64,000 nt of DNA from Paramoeba atlantica (lineage: Eukaryota > Protista > Discosea): the NCBI GenBank assembly GCA_977017575.1, contig CDRNVI010000036.1, positions 62,001 through 126,000 of the forward strand. Reading direction: 5' to 3'. Shown here one piece after another: positions 33,031 through 43,984 of this stretch. The first letter of the stretch is position 1. Each line of letters starts with the position of its first letter. Under the pieces are notes generated by a model. It made no database searches, was not told where the DNA came from, and saw only the letters and a list, made by a program, of their open reading frames with translations. A program made the position numbers and the translations under genes.

Positions 33031-33621
33031 CTATGCTTTAGAAATAAGAGTTTGCAAAAATCGAATAGTGCATTTATGCGCCATACCATCTATTCGTCCT
33101 CTAAGTTGCACGTTCCCTTCAACATCCAAAATGGTCATAGAGGAAGGTAAGTGTGTGAAGATAACTTCACCTTCGAAATTGTTAAAGCCAAGATCCATGC
33201 AGCGCAACTGCTTTGGCAAGAAACACAACTCTACAGAACCTGAAAACATATTTTCACGAAGAGATAAATCTTCAAGTTTTGACGGAAGAGACCGAAACGG
33301 CACTCGCCCGTCCAGATTATTCAGAATCCTTACCATTTCACAAAAAGGTCCTAAATCCAATGAAATAAGTGTGTCCGGGAGGTACTCCCATGATGGGGTA
33401 CCTGCAAGTCCGTGGCCCGACCAGATAATGTTCACAATTTCTCCTTTTTCGTTGCAATGTATGCCGACCCACTCCTCGATGGGGGTACTTTCATTCCAAT
33501 GTGGTAGTAGACCTGTCACATTCGCCGTGAAACGAACTAGATCGTATACAGGAGGAAGCCGAGTACCGCTTACTTTGTTGGATCCTTGGTAGGATACACT
33601 ATCGGCCGCCAAGATAAACAT
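33031..33621 (-). CDS. LRR-family protein, duplicate of 19248-19838
   Basis: Near-identical protein (two visible substitutions). Confidence 0.75.
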   Translation of the reverse strand: MFILAADSVSYQGSNKVSGTRLPPVYDLVRFTANVTGLLPHWNESTPIEEWVGIHCNEKGEIVNIIWSGHGLAGTPSWEYLPDTLISLDLGPFCEMVRILNNLDGRVPFRSLPSKLEDLSLRENMFSGSVELCFLPKQLRCMDLGFNNFEGEVIFTHLPSSMTILDVEGNVQLRGRIDGMAHKCTIRFLQTLISKA

Positions 33622-33963
33622 TGAAATAAGAAAACAAAACAATAAAATATGCAGTAAGGATATTTTCTCGCATATTTAACACCTTTGATAGTCGTACTAC
33701 GCAAATTATAAGAGAAAGAATTTCGGCCTAAAAAATATTTCAAGTTATAATTCTGACATGACAAAAATAAGTAATCATCTAAGTGATATTCTTTTACAAT
33801 GCGTACTTCATTTCCTTGACAAAAATTTGGAATAAAAAGTTTGGTTTCTTTCAGAAATAACTTTTCAATGTCTCTTGATTCTACAACTATCACAAAACTA
33901 ATCTTCCAAATAATAACGTGCTTCTTCGCCCATATTACCACTAACACAAGACACGAAAAAGAC

Positions 33964-35316
33964 TTACTTCTTTCCTTGCGCCTTCTGCGCCGCCTTTGTC
34001 ACCTTTCCGCCAGAGGGCTCTTTCTTCTGAACCTGCTTGATCACACCCACTGCCACCGTTTGTCGCATATCCCGGACAGCGAAACGGCCGAGGGGTGGGT
34101 ACTCCGTGAACGTCTCCACGCACATCGGCTTCTGCGGTGTCATTCGGACCATAGCCGCGTCACCGTTCTTCACGCTCTTCGGATTCTTTTCCAGCTCCTT
34201 ACCCGAGCGGCGATCGATCTTGGACTCCAATTCGGAGAACTTGCACGCAATGTGAGCCGTGTGGCAGTCCAGCACGGGAGCATAGCCTTGGGAGATCTGA
34301 CCCGGGTGATTGAGCACAATGACCTGAGCAACAAACGACTCGCATTCCTTCGGTGGGTCCTGTTTAGAGTTACCGCACACGTATCCTCGGCGAATATCCT
34401 TTACAGATACATTTTTCACGTTGAACCCAATGTTCATGCCTGGGGTAGCCTCCGGAAGTGCCTCGTGGTGCATTTCAATGGACTTCACCTCCGTGGTCAG
34501 GTTCGTCGGAGCAAACGTGACAACGTCACCTGGGCGTAGCACACCCGTCTCCACACGGCCTACCGGCACCGTACCAATGCCGCCGATCTTGTACACGTCC
34601 TGAAGAGGGAGACGCAGGGGTTTGTCGACGGGACGGACCGGGGCGTCAAGGTTGTCGAGCGCTTGAAGTAAAGTTGGCCCTTTGTACCACGACATGTTGG
34701 CGGACTGTTCAATCATGTTGTCGCCCATCCACCCGGAAATAGGCACGAACTGTACCTTATCCACGTTGTATCCGACTTTCTTGAGGTACATGGATACTTC
34801 CTTCTTGATCTCATCAAAGCGGCTCTGGGAGTAGTTCACTGACTTGTCATCCATCTTGTTCACAGCTACAATCATTTGCTTTACACCCAGCGTGAATGCG
34901 AGGAGGGCGTGCTCGCGTGTTTGGCCATCACCGCTGATGCCAGCTTCGAACTCACCCGTACCGGAAGCGATGACGAGAATAGCGGCATCGGCCTGGGAAG
35001 TTCCCGTAATCATGTTTTTAATGAAGTCACGATGTCCAGGGGCGTCAATGATCGTGAAAACGCATTTCGGGGATTCGAATTTCCACAAAGCAATATCGAT
35101 CGTAATACCACGTTCGCGTTCCGCCTTAAGCTTGTCCAGAACCCAGGCGTACTTAAATGATGCTTTACCCATTTCTGCTGCTTCTTTTTCAAACTTCTCA
35201 ATCGTTCGCTTGTCGATACCGCCGCATTTGTAGATGAGGTGGCCTGTGGCAGTAGACTTTCCTGCGTCGACGTGACCGATGACAACCAGGTTAATGTGAA
35301 TCTTTTCTTTACCCAT
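33964..35316 (-). CDS. EEF1A: Translation elongation factor 1-alpha, copy 3
   Basis: Protein identical to copies 1 and 2. Confidence 0.99.
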   Translation of the reverse strand: MGKEKIHINLVVIGHVDAGKSTATGHLIYKCGGIDKRTIEKFEKEAAEMGKASFKYAWVLDKLKAERERGITIDIALWKFESPKCVFTIIDAPGHRDFIKNMITGTSQADAAILVIASGTGEFEAGISGDGQTREHALLAFTLGVKQMIVAVNKMDDKSVNYSQSRFDEIKKEVSMYLKKVGYNVDKVQFVPISGWMGDNMIEQSANMSWYKGPTLLQALDNLDAPVRPVDKPLRLPLQDVYKIGGIGTVPVGRVETGVLRPGDVVTFAPTNLTTEVKSIEMHHEALPEATPGMNIGFNVKNVSVKDIRRGYVCGNSKQDPPKECESFVAQVIVLNHPGQISQGYAPVLDCHTAHIACKFSELESKIDRRSGKELEKNPKSVKNGDAAMVRMTPQKPMCVETFTEYPPLGRFAVRDMRQTVAVGVIKQVQKKEPSGGKVTKAAQKAQGKK

Positions 35317-36374
35317 TTTGTAAAAGAAAGTATCTATGTAAGCAGGTTCTTTGAATTTGAAGCTAACAATGGTAATGCGTGTTGTAATAGGACTACGAAA
35401 GGTATCGCGCGTACCGTCCCTTAACCTGCTAGGTGATTTATCTGTTTTATTTAAATGATGAGGATAAGTGACGTAATATCTATACCTGCGTTCAGAAGTA
35501 ATAAAACTAATCCATAGAGATCTACATGTAGGTCAATCTATTTTGATTCATTCAGCAACGTACATTTAGTGACCAGAAAAGTGATTTTATTTCGATTCTC
35601 TAAATCTCTAAATCTCTTTATTCGAAAAATGATTCTTTTAAATTACTGAAAGGTTTTCTGTTGAGATCTATGTGCGATCTTTTAAGATCCATCAAATTAT
35701 CGTGCACAAATTCGCTTGGTCCCCGCCTGGGAGTACACCATTGTCTGTGCAGCGAGGCTCATAGTCTCCGTGCCCCTCGGGGTATAACCGCCGTAGACGG
35801 TAACGTGTTGGATGCCCATATGCTCCGTATCCTTCGAGACACACTTGCCGCTGCTTTTACATTTATACCTCAGAATGATGGGCCGAAGGTAGGGACAAAT
35901 ATTTAACGAAAAATAATTTTTTTTCGAAATTGATCAGAAAGATTTTTGGAACGTTTGAAGTCATGTTCAGCGTCTCTGAGCGCATAATTTTATTAATTTT
36001 TTTAGTAACATGGCATACCAATTCACTCTATCGAAACATTTCCCATCGGTAGATCACCCAGAAAGGTAACATTCTGGTGGACAGTGCAATATGGCAGCGT
36101 AAGGAGACGCTCTTGTGGGCGTTTGAACGCCCCTAACGACTACTTGGGACTGGTCAGTGACTTTTTTTTCCCATGTTCTGACTTTTTGTTTGTGACAGAC
36201 TCCTCCTAGTTATCTGTCGCACACTGATCGGCCTAGTTATCTGTCACACCCCTACCTCCCTAGTTATCTGTCATCTTTCCGCGAAAAATAGTGACAGATA
36301 AGTAGGGGGGGTACAGTATTTGAATCTTTTTTGAAAAAAATCAATTTTTCATCAAATATTTATCCCTACCGTCC

Positions 36375-37403
36375 ACTAAACTTTATAAGCGTATGACAAA
36401 TAAAAATGAAAATCGTTCCCAGTTTTTGAAAATGACTTTCAAATTCACTGATTCGTCGAACGGAACAACATACGAATTCCTGGACATTGAATACAACCAT
36501 GCACAGCGCACGTATAATCTCACTGAAAAATTTCTAAACAAGATTCCAATAAAAAATCTCTTTCCACGTGCTTGAAACCACTATCGCATGATTAATTTAT
36601 GCGAGTACTGTATCTTGTTGTTTATTTTTTAAAACTATTTCCCACATGTGCCCCGTCACCCCTACCGGACGGAGACCCCCTCTTTAGCCGCCCATTTTGC
36701 CGCCGCGGACGCCGCCTTTTGCCCCCGCCGACGCCCCCCTGTACTCCTTACTATTGCCCCCTCCGACGCCCCTTGCGTTGCGCCCTCCGCCGCCCCTTGC
36801 GCTACGCCCTCCGCCGCCCTCTGCGCTGCGCCCTCCGCCGCTCTTTCACTGCCCTCCTCACCGTCATCTTTCACCGCCCATTGGCCGCCGCGTTGCACTC
36901 CTGTTCGCCCCCGTCGCCGTCCCCTTCGCCGCCCCATTTGCCCCGCTGCGCCCTCCCCGCCACCGCCCCATACTCCCCTCAAATGACAGTACCCCGTGCC
37001 AAAAAAAGGCACTAAATAACTAGGGTAGCTGTCATTTTGACAGCGCGGAATGGCACCGCCCGGTACCGAACGTAACGAGGTACTAAGTAACTAGGGTAGA
37101 TGCCATTCAGGATAATCTTTGGAGCGTGTTGTGTTTTTAATCCACCCTAAAAAGTTGGAATGGTTTTCTTGGGTCAAGGGGCGCCTTATTGCATTACCTA
37201 AGGTGTAGGGGCATAGTGCACCCCACCTCCCTAGCTAACAATATTAATTAGCTATTTGTTTTTTTTTGCCACACTTCTATTGGGCAATTAAGTATACACG
37301 ACGGTAAGCCACGCGTCTCAAAAAGAACCAAAAATGCCGCAGTGCGTGCACTGTCAAATCTCGACATGGTTACTTCAAGTCCAAACCATTAGATTTAAAC
37401 ATA
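36375..37403 (+). pseudogene. TATE/VIPER-like RT remnant hosting structured element B
   Basis: YEFLDIEYNHAQRTYNLTEKFLNKI. Removing 36598-37249 restores ETTIA*LISYLFF..PHFYWAIKY. Confidence 0.55.
36598..37242 (+). ncRNA. Structured non-coding element, copy B (full length, 645 bp, 7-bp TSD) - candidate SINE-like element
   Basis: Flanked by ATTAATT (36591-97, 37243-49), with no TIRs and no credible ORF. 24-bp GC repeats, modules at 36981-37037 and 37048-37108, three-way junction at 37172-37227. Confidence 0.65.
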
Positions 37404-38070
37404 CAGGGGTGGGCGCCTTCAGAGTGGGGGGGCCTAAAATTCGTAAAACTTGACCAATTTTGGAAAGCAATAGCCGATTCGAGAGCTCTTAATATTTCCA
37501 GTGTAATGGTAGCATCCGTTGCCTGGTTTTAGACATTCGAGATAAATGACAGAAAAACAAAGAAATTATTTTTGCCCGAAGATGCAATTTTTCATTTTTT
37601 TTGCGCCGTTAATGCCTCAAAAACGTGTACGATCGCGAATATCACGGTTTCCCTTCCAGAGAGATCTTCTTCACCACCTGGGAAGGTAAAGCCGTCGCAT
37701 CGCATGCTTCTCGTGGACCATTATTTTCGTACTGGGTCCTACAATGCTACAGCACGCAACTTTGAAGTAGCGGAGATCTCCTCTCTTGTATCGAGAGTGC
37801 ACACAAGGCACTTCAAACCGATCTCAAAAGTACTTGCGAGAGGACTATAAAGAGTGTCTCCAAGCGCTTTCTTCGTTATTGAGAAAAAAGGAGGAAGTTG
37901 TGGGTACTGAATTCTTTTTTGTAGAAAATAGACTTTTTGGCTTAAAAGTCGCTCGAGTGAAAAGGACCTCGGATTCGGAACGATTGGGTCGAAAAACGGT
38001 ATTATACCAAATATTTCCAAAATCGGACAAAATACAAGACCTGTAGGGGGGCGGGGTAAAAGAGGCTGAA
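37404..38070 (+). mobile_element. Truncated CAGGGG-family Tc1/mariner-type element with an HTH-like remnant
   Basis: TA|CAGGGGTGGGCGCC..GGGGGGGCCTAAAATTCGTAAAAC resembles the 6096 TIR. HRMLLVDHYFRTGSYNATARNF resembles transposase N-terminal HTHs. Confidence 0.55.
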
Positions 38071-38072
38071 CG

Positions 38073-38455
38073 TGTAGGTCAATCTATTTTGAATCATGTA
38101 GCAACATACATTTAGAGACCAGAAGTGTTTTTATTTCAAATCGAATTCTTCGAAAAATGATTCTTTTAATTTAAAAGAAGTGATTTAAAAGAAGTGATTT
38201 AATTTTTTAATCACTTAAAAGTTTTCTGTCGAGATCTATGTGCGATCTTTTAAGGTCCATCAAATTATCATGCACAAATTCGCTTGGTCCCCGCCTGGGA
38301 GTACACCTTTGTCTGTGTAGCGAGGCTCATTGTCTCCGTACCCTTCGGGGTATAACCGCCGTAGACGGTTTCGTGCTAGGAGACCCCTATGCTCCGTATC
38401 CTTCGGGACACGCTTACCGCTGCTTTTACATTTATACCTCAGAATCATCAGCCGA
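38073..38455 (+). repeat. Dispersed intergenic repeat (also at 12331, 21744, 23391, 35527)
   Basis: TGTAGGTCAATCTATTTTGA...GATCTATGTGCGATCTTTTAAG.TCCATCAAATTATC.TGCACAAATT.GCTTGGTCC is present five times. Confidence 0.9.
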
Positions 38456-38601
38456 AGCGTGTGTTCCGGGTCAGCAAGATGAGGACAGAATCAAAAAAAA
38501 GGGTGCGGGTAAGTTATGAACCGAGAGAGATGATGAGTTGCTCATTGAGAAATGCAAAATACATGAAGTCATCGATCATGGAGCACAAGTACGCTGCACA
38601 C

Positions 38602-41600
38602 TCACCAAGGTAGGTCCTGCACTGACGTGGGAAAAAGCGCTACTGATCTTCTTGGCCCTTTTTGATCTGAGTGTTGAGTGACATCTTCGCTATCTGCATC
38701 GTATCGCTTCTGGTTACCGGCAGATCGTTTCCTTTTCGAACCTATTTGACGACAATATACACCTTTGCTGTAGCCATCCCCATTTTTTTGTTGACGCAAA
38801 TCTCTCCCTGAGTAACATTGAACGTTCATCATTGCTTCAATAAGAATATCAGTCACTTCCTGAGTGCGGGATAGCAGTGACGATAATGGGCGCCTACATC
38901 TTGCGTTCATCATCTGATCGATCGAATGCCTTATTTTTTTAATCTCTATAACGGCTTCAGGATCTTGAAAACGAAGCTGTATCGCCTGACCTGCCAAAAG
39001 AATTCGGTCTGTGGTAAAAGAAAAATCGTTTGGACCAAGGAGAAGAGCGGGAAGAAGTTCCATTACACATGCCGTACGCAACTTAGTTGAGCCTTTTGAG
39101 TTTGTAGCCGAACAGAAACTCACTGGAATCAAACCCCGGTGCAAGGCTTGTTCTTGAAGATCTCGTGTGCTACATAAACTAGAAGCTTCAAAGGAACATT
39201 TCGTATGAGCATGTGCAGTACGAATGCGCAACTTACCTTCTGAGGGGGAATAAAGTGTAAAAGGAAGGGAGGCGCTTAGTGCAGAATGTAGCCGAAGTGT
39301 GGTCTCCCGGCTAGGATGGGGTAATTTCTGGATCAGCATTTCCCTAGAGAGAGCGCCCAACTCGTGACCTATCGGTTTTCGATATCCAGTTTCACTTTCC
39401 TCGTTTACTATGCTGGTTTGTTGCAGTTGGATGGCAAGTTTAACTATTTCGTTCAGCACTCGTGGTTGTACCATATAACGTGCTGCCCACATCGACGGTG
39501 ATTCGGGCCCGTCAACTTCTAGCGCACCAAACGCCGAAGCTACGGCAATGAGAGCCCAGAAATCACTTGATGTCTCCTGAGACAATTCGTATTTCATGAT
39601 CATGGCTTGTTTCTTATCGGGAGATTCGACGCTAAGATTAGTAAACGGAGATGTGGTAGAAAGGGCAGCTGCCAGAAATGTCCCAACAAGCTCCATTCGA
39701 AATATTTGACTAACTAGTATCAGTTTCGCATTTCGAGGATGCGTGCTATATTTCGCTATATGCCTCCCAATAATGGTTAATCCCTTGTGGTCTTCTGTAA
39801 TTGCTCCAAGGCGAAAAAGACAGGACATGCCACTTTGAATGCGAGTTTTTTCTGGGGGATCTATCGCTTGAGATAATATTTCTACGGGATCGCCTAGTTG
39901 CAAACTCAACACTTGCATACAGAGCTCTTCCATAGAAATTCTCTGAATTTCAGGTTTCATGTACTCGGGCATTGAAAGTTTATGTTCCCAGGAACTGTAT
40001 AGTCTATATACAATACCGGATTGTACTCTGCCTGCACGCCCGGAACGCTGTGTCGCATTAGTGCGAGATATTGTCGAAAGTCCAAGAGTCTGTAGGTCTG
40101 CCTTAATATCGTAGTTTGTCGCATTTATAAAGCCTGAATCAATGACATGAACAATGTCAGGAATTGTAATACTTGTTTCGGCAATGTTTGTAGCTAAGAC
40201 AACTTTTCGTTTGTTTGACGGAGGTAAATCGTAAACCAGTCTCTGTTCATTCAGAGGTACAACACCATGTAATATGTGAATACACAGCGCATCACATAAG
40301 CGGTGCTGAAGTTCTTTCTTTACAGCTCGAATTTCAGACATTCCCGGAAGGAAAACCAGAACCGCTCCCAACGGAAGCTCGGCATGCAAACGATGTATGT
40401 GCAATACGGTTCTTACAATTAATAGAACGTCAACTTCTTTGTCTTCCTGTTTGTGACGCTCGCTTATATATAAAGCATCGCAGTGAGGTAATTTGTGTTC
40501 ATTAACTAAGCACTGAAAATCAGGCAATTTATGAGGTTCGCATCCTGAATGACTTGCATCATCAACTGATTCTTGCGAATCTTTCTCTTCATAAGGTTCT
40601 TCCGCCCCATCTAATATTTTTGATACTACAGCCCGTTTCTGTTGTCTTTCTTTTCGGCGAATCGCACCCCAATTTTTATGAGTCAACGCCTCCATTTTCG
40701 CATATTCGGCGAAACGAGTTTCACTTAAAACTTCTTCCAAGTAATGTATCTGAACGGGAAAACGTTGATTCTGTATTAAATCGTAGGACCCAACGCAAAG
40801 TTCGGGAATCTGTGCAAAATATTTATCGAATTTCTCAATATCTACAGTTGCACTCATTAGAATTAGTTTGAACTGAGGGCGTGGCACACTTTCTTTTGGA
40901 TCACTAGTGGTAAAGCTTTGCAGATACAATTTGCGCAGCAGTAACAAAATAAAGTCTGTTTCTACAAATCTTTCGTGGATTTCGTCAATAATAAGATGCG
41001 TAACGCCAGCTAAGGAGGGGCTCGATACCATCATGTTCAGAAAAATACCAGTTGTCATGTATATCAAGGTGTCTGTCGGACGCGTACTGTGATCGAAACG
41101 AACAACGTGCCCTACATCCGCTGATTCAACAGCTCTTTCACTTGTCACACGATCTGCCAAGGAAACGGCAGCAATTCTCCGAGGCTGTGTACACACTATA
41201 CGAGCAATATTCTGTCTTTCCGGAAGCGTTGAAATATATTCGAGAAGAATCTGGGGCACCTGCGTACTTTTACCGCATCCTGTGGATCCTCGCAGCAATA
41301 ACACATCAAATTTGTTTACTGCTTCAATAATGGCATTCGCATGACTACGTATTGGTAATGATGCGGACCCGATGTTAGAGGAAAGGATCTGACGTACCTT
41401 TGGAATAGGACCATTCCAGCAGGAAAATTCTACGTAAGGTGCAACCCGATGTGTCGGCAAATTCGATGTGAAGGCTTCCGGATACGAATTAGTGATACTA
41501 TTTATTTTTTCTTCAATACGAATTCGATACTGTTTTAACTCAGAAGAGTCAAGATTTACTGTTCCGAGCTCCAGACCTTCCGCCGGGTGTGTAGATGCCA

Positions 41601-43824
41601 GTTCCTCGTACTGTTTTCCCAAATTTCCAAGCGTTCTCATTTTTTCGCATCCTGTGGAGCTCAATACCATGAGATTTCCATTGTCTTGAGTACATAATAA
41701 GGATTTTAGATTTTCGTTTTGCATGTAGTGCCACACAATGCGAAAGCTCATACTGTGCATTGAATTTTCGAGAGCCCGTAACGCCGAAGGTAAGCATACC
41801 TTCTTATAGTGTTGTATGAAGCGAAAATATGTGTCCAATTCTTCTGAAGACAGAACAGAGAGACTTCTTCTCCACTTCATCTGTTTTACTCCTCTGTGTG
41901 CAAAACTCTTTAAGACGAAAAATAAAATACTGGTCTCAATATTCTTCAATGCCTGCTCCGGCTCGCTGTGTTCGGTAATAATGTTTCCAGTAAAAATTGC
42001 CTCAGGCACCTCCGGAGCTGAGCGTCGAAGAAGTGCAGACATTCGGTTTGATCCTTCAGGGGATAAAGCCATGTTTCCCCCTGGCTTACGAATAATCCAA
42101 ATGGCTTCATAATTCCAGTCGATATCTAAAGGTGCAAATTTTTTAATGATGTGAAGCAAATGACGGAAACGTTTGACACTAAATTTGCCATGCTTTCCGT
42201 GGTAAGGAGAATGACTGGCTACGAGTTCTGCGTATTCTCTTGGGGTTATGTATTCCACTACTCCAACATGGGTCAATTCACCATTGTGTCTCAATAGTAG
42301 AGTTCTCAGAGACTCAAAAGATCTATGGGCGGCGTCAATTAATGCTTCCTTCTCTGTGTTATCTTGCATATGAATTTGTCGCCCTACTTCGCTGCATTTC
42401 TTCCAACTTGATGCTATGGATGTTTCATTATTGAGTTTCGAATTAATATCCACAGTTGAATTGACGTTGCTATGGCCGTGATTGCTGTAAATTGATTCAG
42501 TGTTTATGACTGATTTCGAACAAAATCTAGTTATAGTAGAGCCGGACTCAAATCCAATTGATCCATTGTCCACCATTTCCCTCACATGCACTTGTTTACG
42601 ATGAGGAATACTGTCTTCACCAGTCGCAGCTTGACGATTGTTCACCAAATAATGATCCAGATCTTCCTCTTTTATAAGAGAAATCCCGTCTTCAGTTACC
42701 GATAAATGATGTCTAAGGTAATGTGGCACTGATTCAACCACTCTCTGGGAAGACCTCAGAGTGTCATCATTACAAAGAGATTTCGGAAGAAAGGCTTTGA
42801 GGTTGTCGTAGGACAGAGTATCAGGAACAATTCTTTGCGGAGCAGTTCCGATCGATTTAATATTCTGCAAAGCATAGTCAATTACTTTCATAAGGCCGGA
42901 GTGCAACAAGTACTCAGGGCTTCTTATACTTCTCGGACGTGTCATATAAATACCTTCAAAGTCCCAACCAAAACCTCCTGGCTTTCCTTCTGGAACGTTT
43001 AAAGTAATAACGCGACGAAGACCAGCTATATCGACAACCTTATTATATCCATAAATGTGATCAATAAACTGCAAGTCTTCAGAACTAAGTATGTCGCGAA
43101 TGCAATGCACGTTTTTCCATATGATACACTGTGTCGGATGCTTCGAAACAGCGCAACGTAAGACTGCGACAAGTCCTTGTCTTGGCCGCCCTACTATCCA
43201 AAAACCTTGTGAATCAAAATGAACGGAATGCTTCGATAGAGAGTTGAGAGAGATACTGCGAACTAAACGAAACAAGGACCTTCTGTACGTGATACAGCGA
43301 CGCAACAAATTTATTGATTCGCAGCTATGCCCCAAAAGAAAGTTGTGAGTTATGTGGTCCCAAAGCATGTATGGAATTCCGCATTCACTATCTGAGTCGA
43401 GACGAGTCTTGGCGTAACAATGAATAAACTTCTCGATCTCCTGTAGAAATGCGGACTCTGTATCAGAGCTCATTGTCACTGTGACCTCCATGTTAGACCC
43501 GGAAACAAAAAGATACTTACCGCGTAATGGGACAGTCGAGAGACTTAAACTCGGTGCAAGCATGCGAAGTTGCGAAAGATAAACATCATTTTTTGCTTCA
43601 AGTATTGTACAATATTCGTTGGCCATGATTACCTTTTGACGAACAGCATGAAGGAGTTTATTGCAGTCGACTGCTACATGATTTTTTATGTCAAAGCGGG
43701 GTGCTGTATATTTCCTGGTGCACTGATTTCGCAAAGAAGAGTGCATGCAGGATTCAGTCCGCATTCCTTCAAGCCTCATTTTTACCTGCAGAAAACGCCC
43801 ACCTGCAAGTGCGCATTGCATCAT
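38602..43824 (-). CDS. DEAH/RHA-family RNA helicase with long N-terminal extension
   Basis: GSTGCGKST, CTQPRRIAA, IIDEIHER, MSAT, LATNIAETSITI and QRSGRAGR motifs, plus an HA2-like region. Confidence 0.93.
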   Translation of the reverse strand: MMQCALAGGRFLQVKMRLEGMRTESCMHSSLRNQCTRKYTAPRFDIKNHVAVDCNKLLHAVRQKVIMANEYCTILEAKNDVYLSQLRMLAPSLSLSTVPLRGKYLFVSGSNMEVTVTMSSDTESAFLQEIEKFIHCYAKTRLDSDSECGIPYMLWDHITHNFLLGHSCESINLLRRCITYRRSLFRLVRSISLNSLSKHSVHFDSQGFWIVGRPRQGLVAVLRCAVSKHPTQCIIWKNVHCIRDILSSEDLQFIDHIYGYNKVVDIAGLRRVITLNVPEGKPGGFGWDFEGIYMTRPRSIRSPEYLLHSGLMKVIDYALQNIKSIGTAPQRIVPDTLSYDNLKAFLPKSLCNDDTLRSSQRVVESVPHYLRHHLSVTEDGISLIKEEDLDHYLVNNRQAATGEDSIPHRKQVHVREMVDNGSIGFESGSTITRFCSKSVINTESIYSNHGHSNVNSTVDINSKLNNETSIASSWKKCSEVGRQIHMQDNTEKEALIDAAHRSFESLRTLLLRHNGELTHVGVVEYITPREYAELVASHSPYHGKHGKFSVKRFRHLLHIIKKFAPLDIDWNYEAIWIIRKPGGNMALSPEGSNRMSALLRRSAPEVPEAIFTGNIITEHSEPEQALKNIETSILFFVLKSFAHRGVKQMKWRRSLSVLSSEELDTYFRFIQHYKKVCLPSALRALENSMHSMSFRIVWHYMQNENLKSLLCTQDNGNLMVLSSTGCEKMRTLGNLGKQYEELASTHPAEGLELGTVNLDSSELKQYRIRIEEKINSITNSYPEAFTSNLPTHRVAPYVEFSCWNGPIPKVRQILSSNIGSASLPIRSHANAIIEAVNKFDVLLLRGSTGCGKSTQVPQILLEYISTLPERQNIARIVCTQPRRIAAVSLADRVTSERAVESADVGHVVRFDHSTRPTDTLIYMTTGIFLNMMVSSPSLAGVTHLIIDEIHERFVETDFILLLLRKLYLQSFTTSDPKESVPRPQFKLILMSATVDIEKFDKYFAQIPELCVGSYDLIQNQRFPVQIHYLEEVLSETRFAEYAKMEALTHKNWGAIRRKERQQKRAVVSKILDGAEEPYEEKDSQESVDDASHSGCEPHKLPDFQCLVNEHKLPHCDALYISERHKQEDKEVDVLLIVRTVLHIHRLHAELPLGAVLVFLPGMSEIRAVKKELQHRLCDALCIHILHGVVPLNEQRLVYDLPPSNKRKVVLATNIAETSITIPDIVHVIDSGFINATNYDIKADLQTLGLSTISRTNATQRSGRAGRVQSGIVYRLYSSWEHKLSMPEYMKPEIQRISMEELCMQVLSLQLGDPVEILSQAIDPPEKTRIQSGMSCLFRLGAITEDHKGLTIIGRHIAKYSTHPRNAKLILVSQIFRMELVGTFLAAALSTTSPFTNLSVESPDKKQAMIMKYELSQETSSDFWALIAVASAFGALEVDGPESPSMWAARYMVQPRVLNEIVKLAIQLQQTSIVNEESETGYRKPIGHELGALSREMLIQKLPHPSRETTLRLHSALSASLPFTLYSPSEGKLRIRTAHAHTKCSFEASSLCSTRDLQEQALHRGLIPVSFCSATNSKGSTKLRTACVMELLPALLLGPNDFSFTTDRILLAGQAIQLRFQDPEAVIEIKKIRHSIDQMMNARCRRPLSSLLSRTQEVTDILIEAMMNVQCYSGRDLRQQKNGDGYSKGVYCRQIGSKRKRSAGNQKRYDADSEDVTQHSDQKGPRRSVALFPTSVQDLPW

Positions 43825-43984
43825 AAAGGAACTAGATTTCCACTAAATCGTATAAAAATATGGTAATTAGTAAGAAAATGGGTGACATTATCTTGTAGAC
43901 TTCTAAGTTTCTAGAGTACTCAGACAATATACAACGTACTTCGACAGATCGAAATAGCGTCTAAAACAAAATATAGATGTGAAG

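Noticed and set aside
37207-37236. Hairpin followed by CTAG suggests a Helitron 3' end
   Set aside because: CTAG is not followed by T, is absent from the relatives at 32115 and 25240, and the element has a 7-bp TSD.
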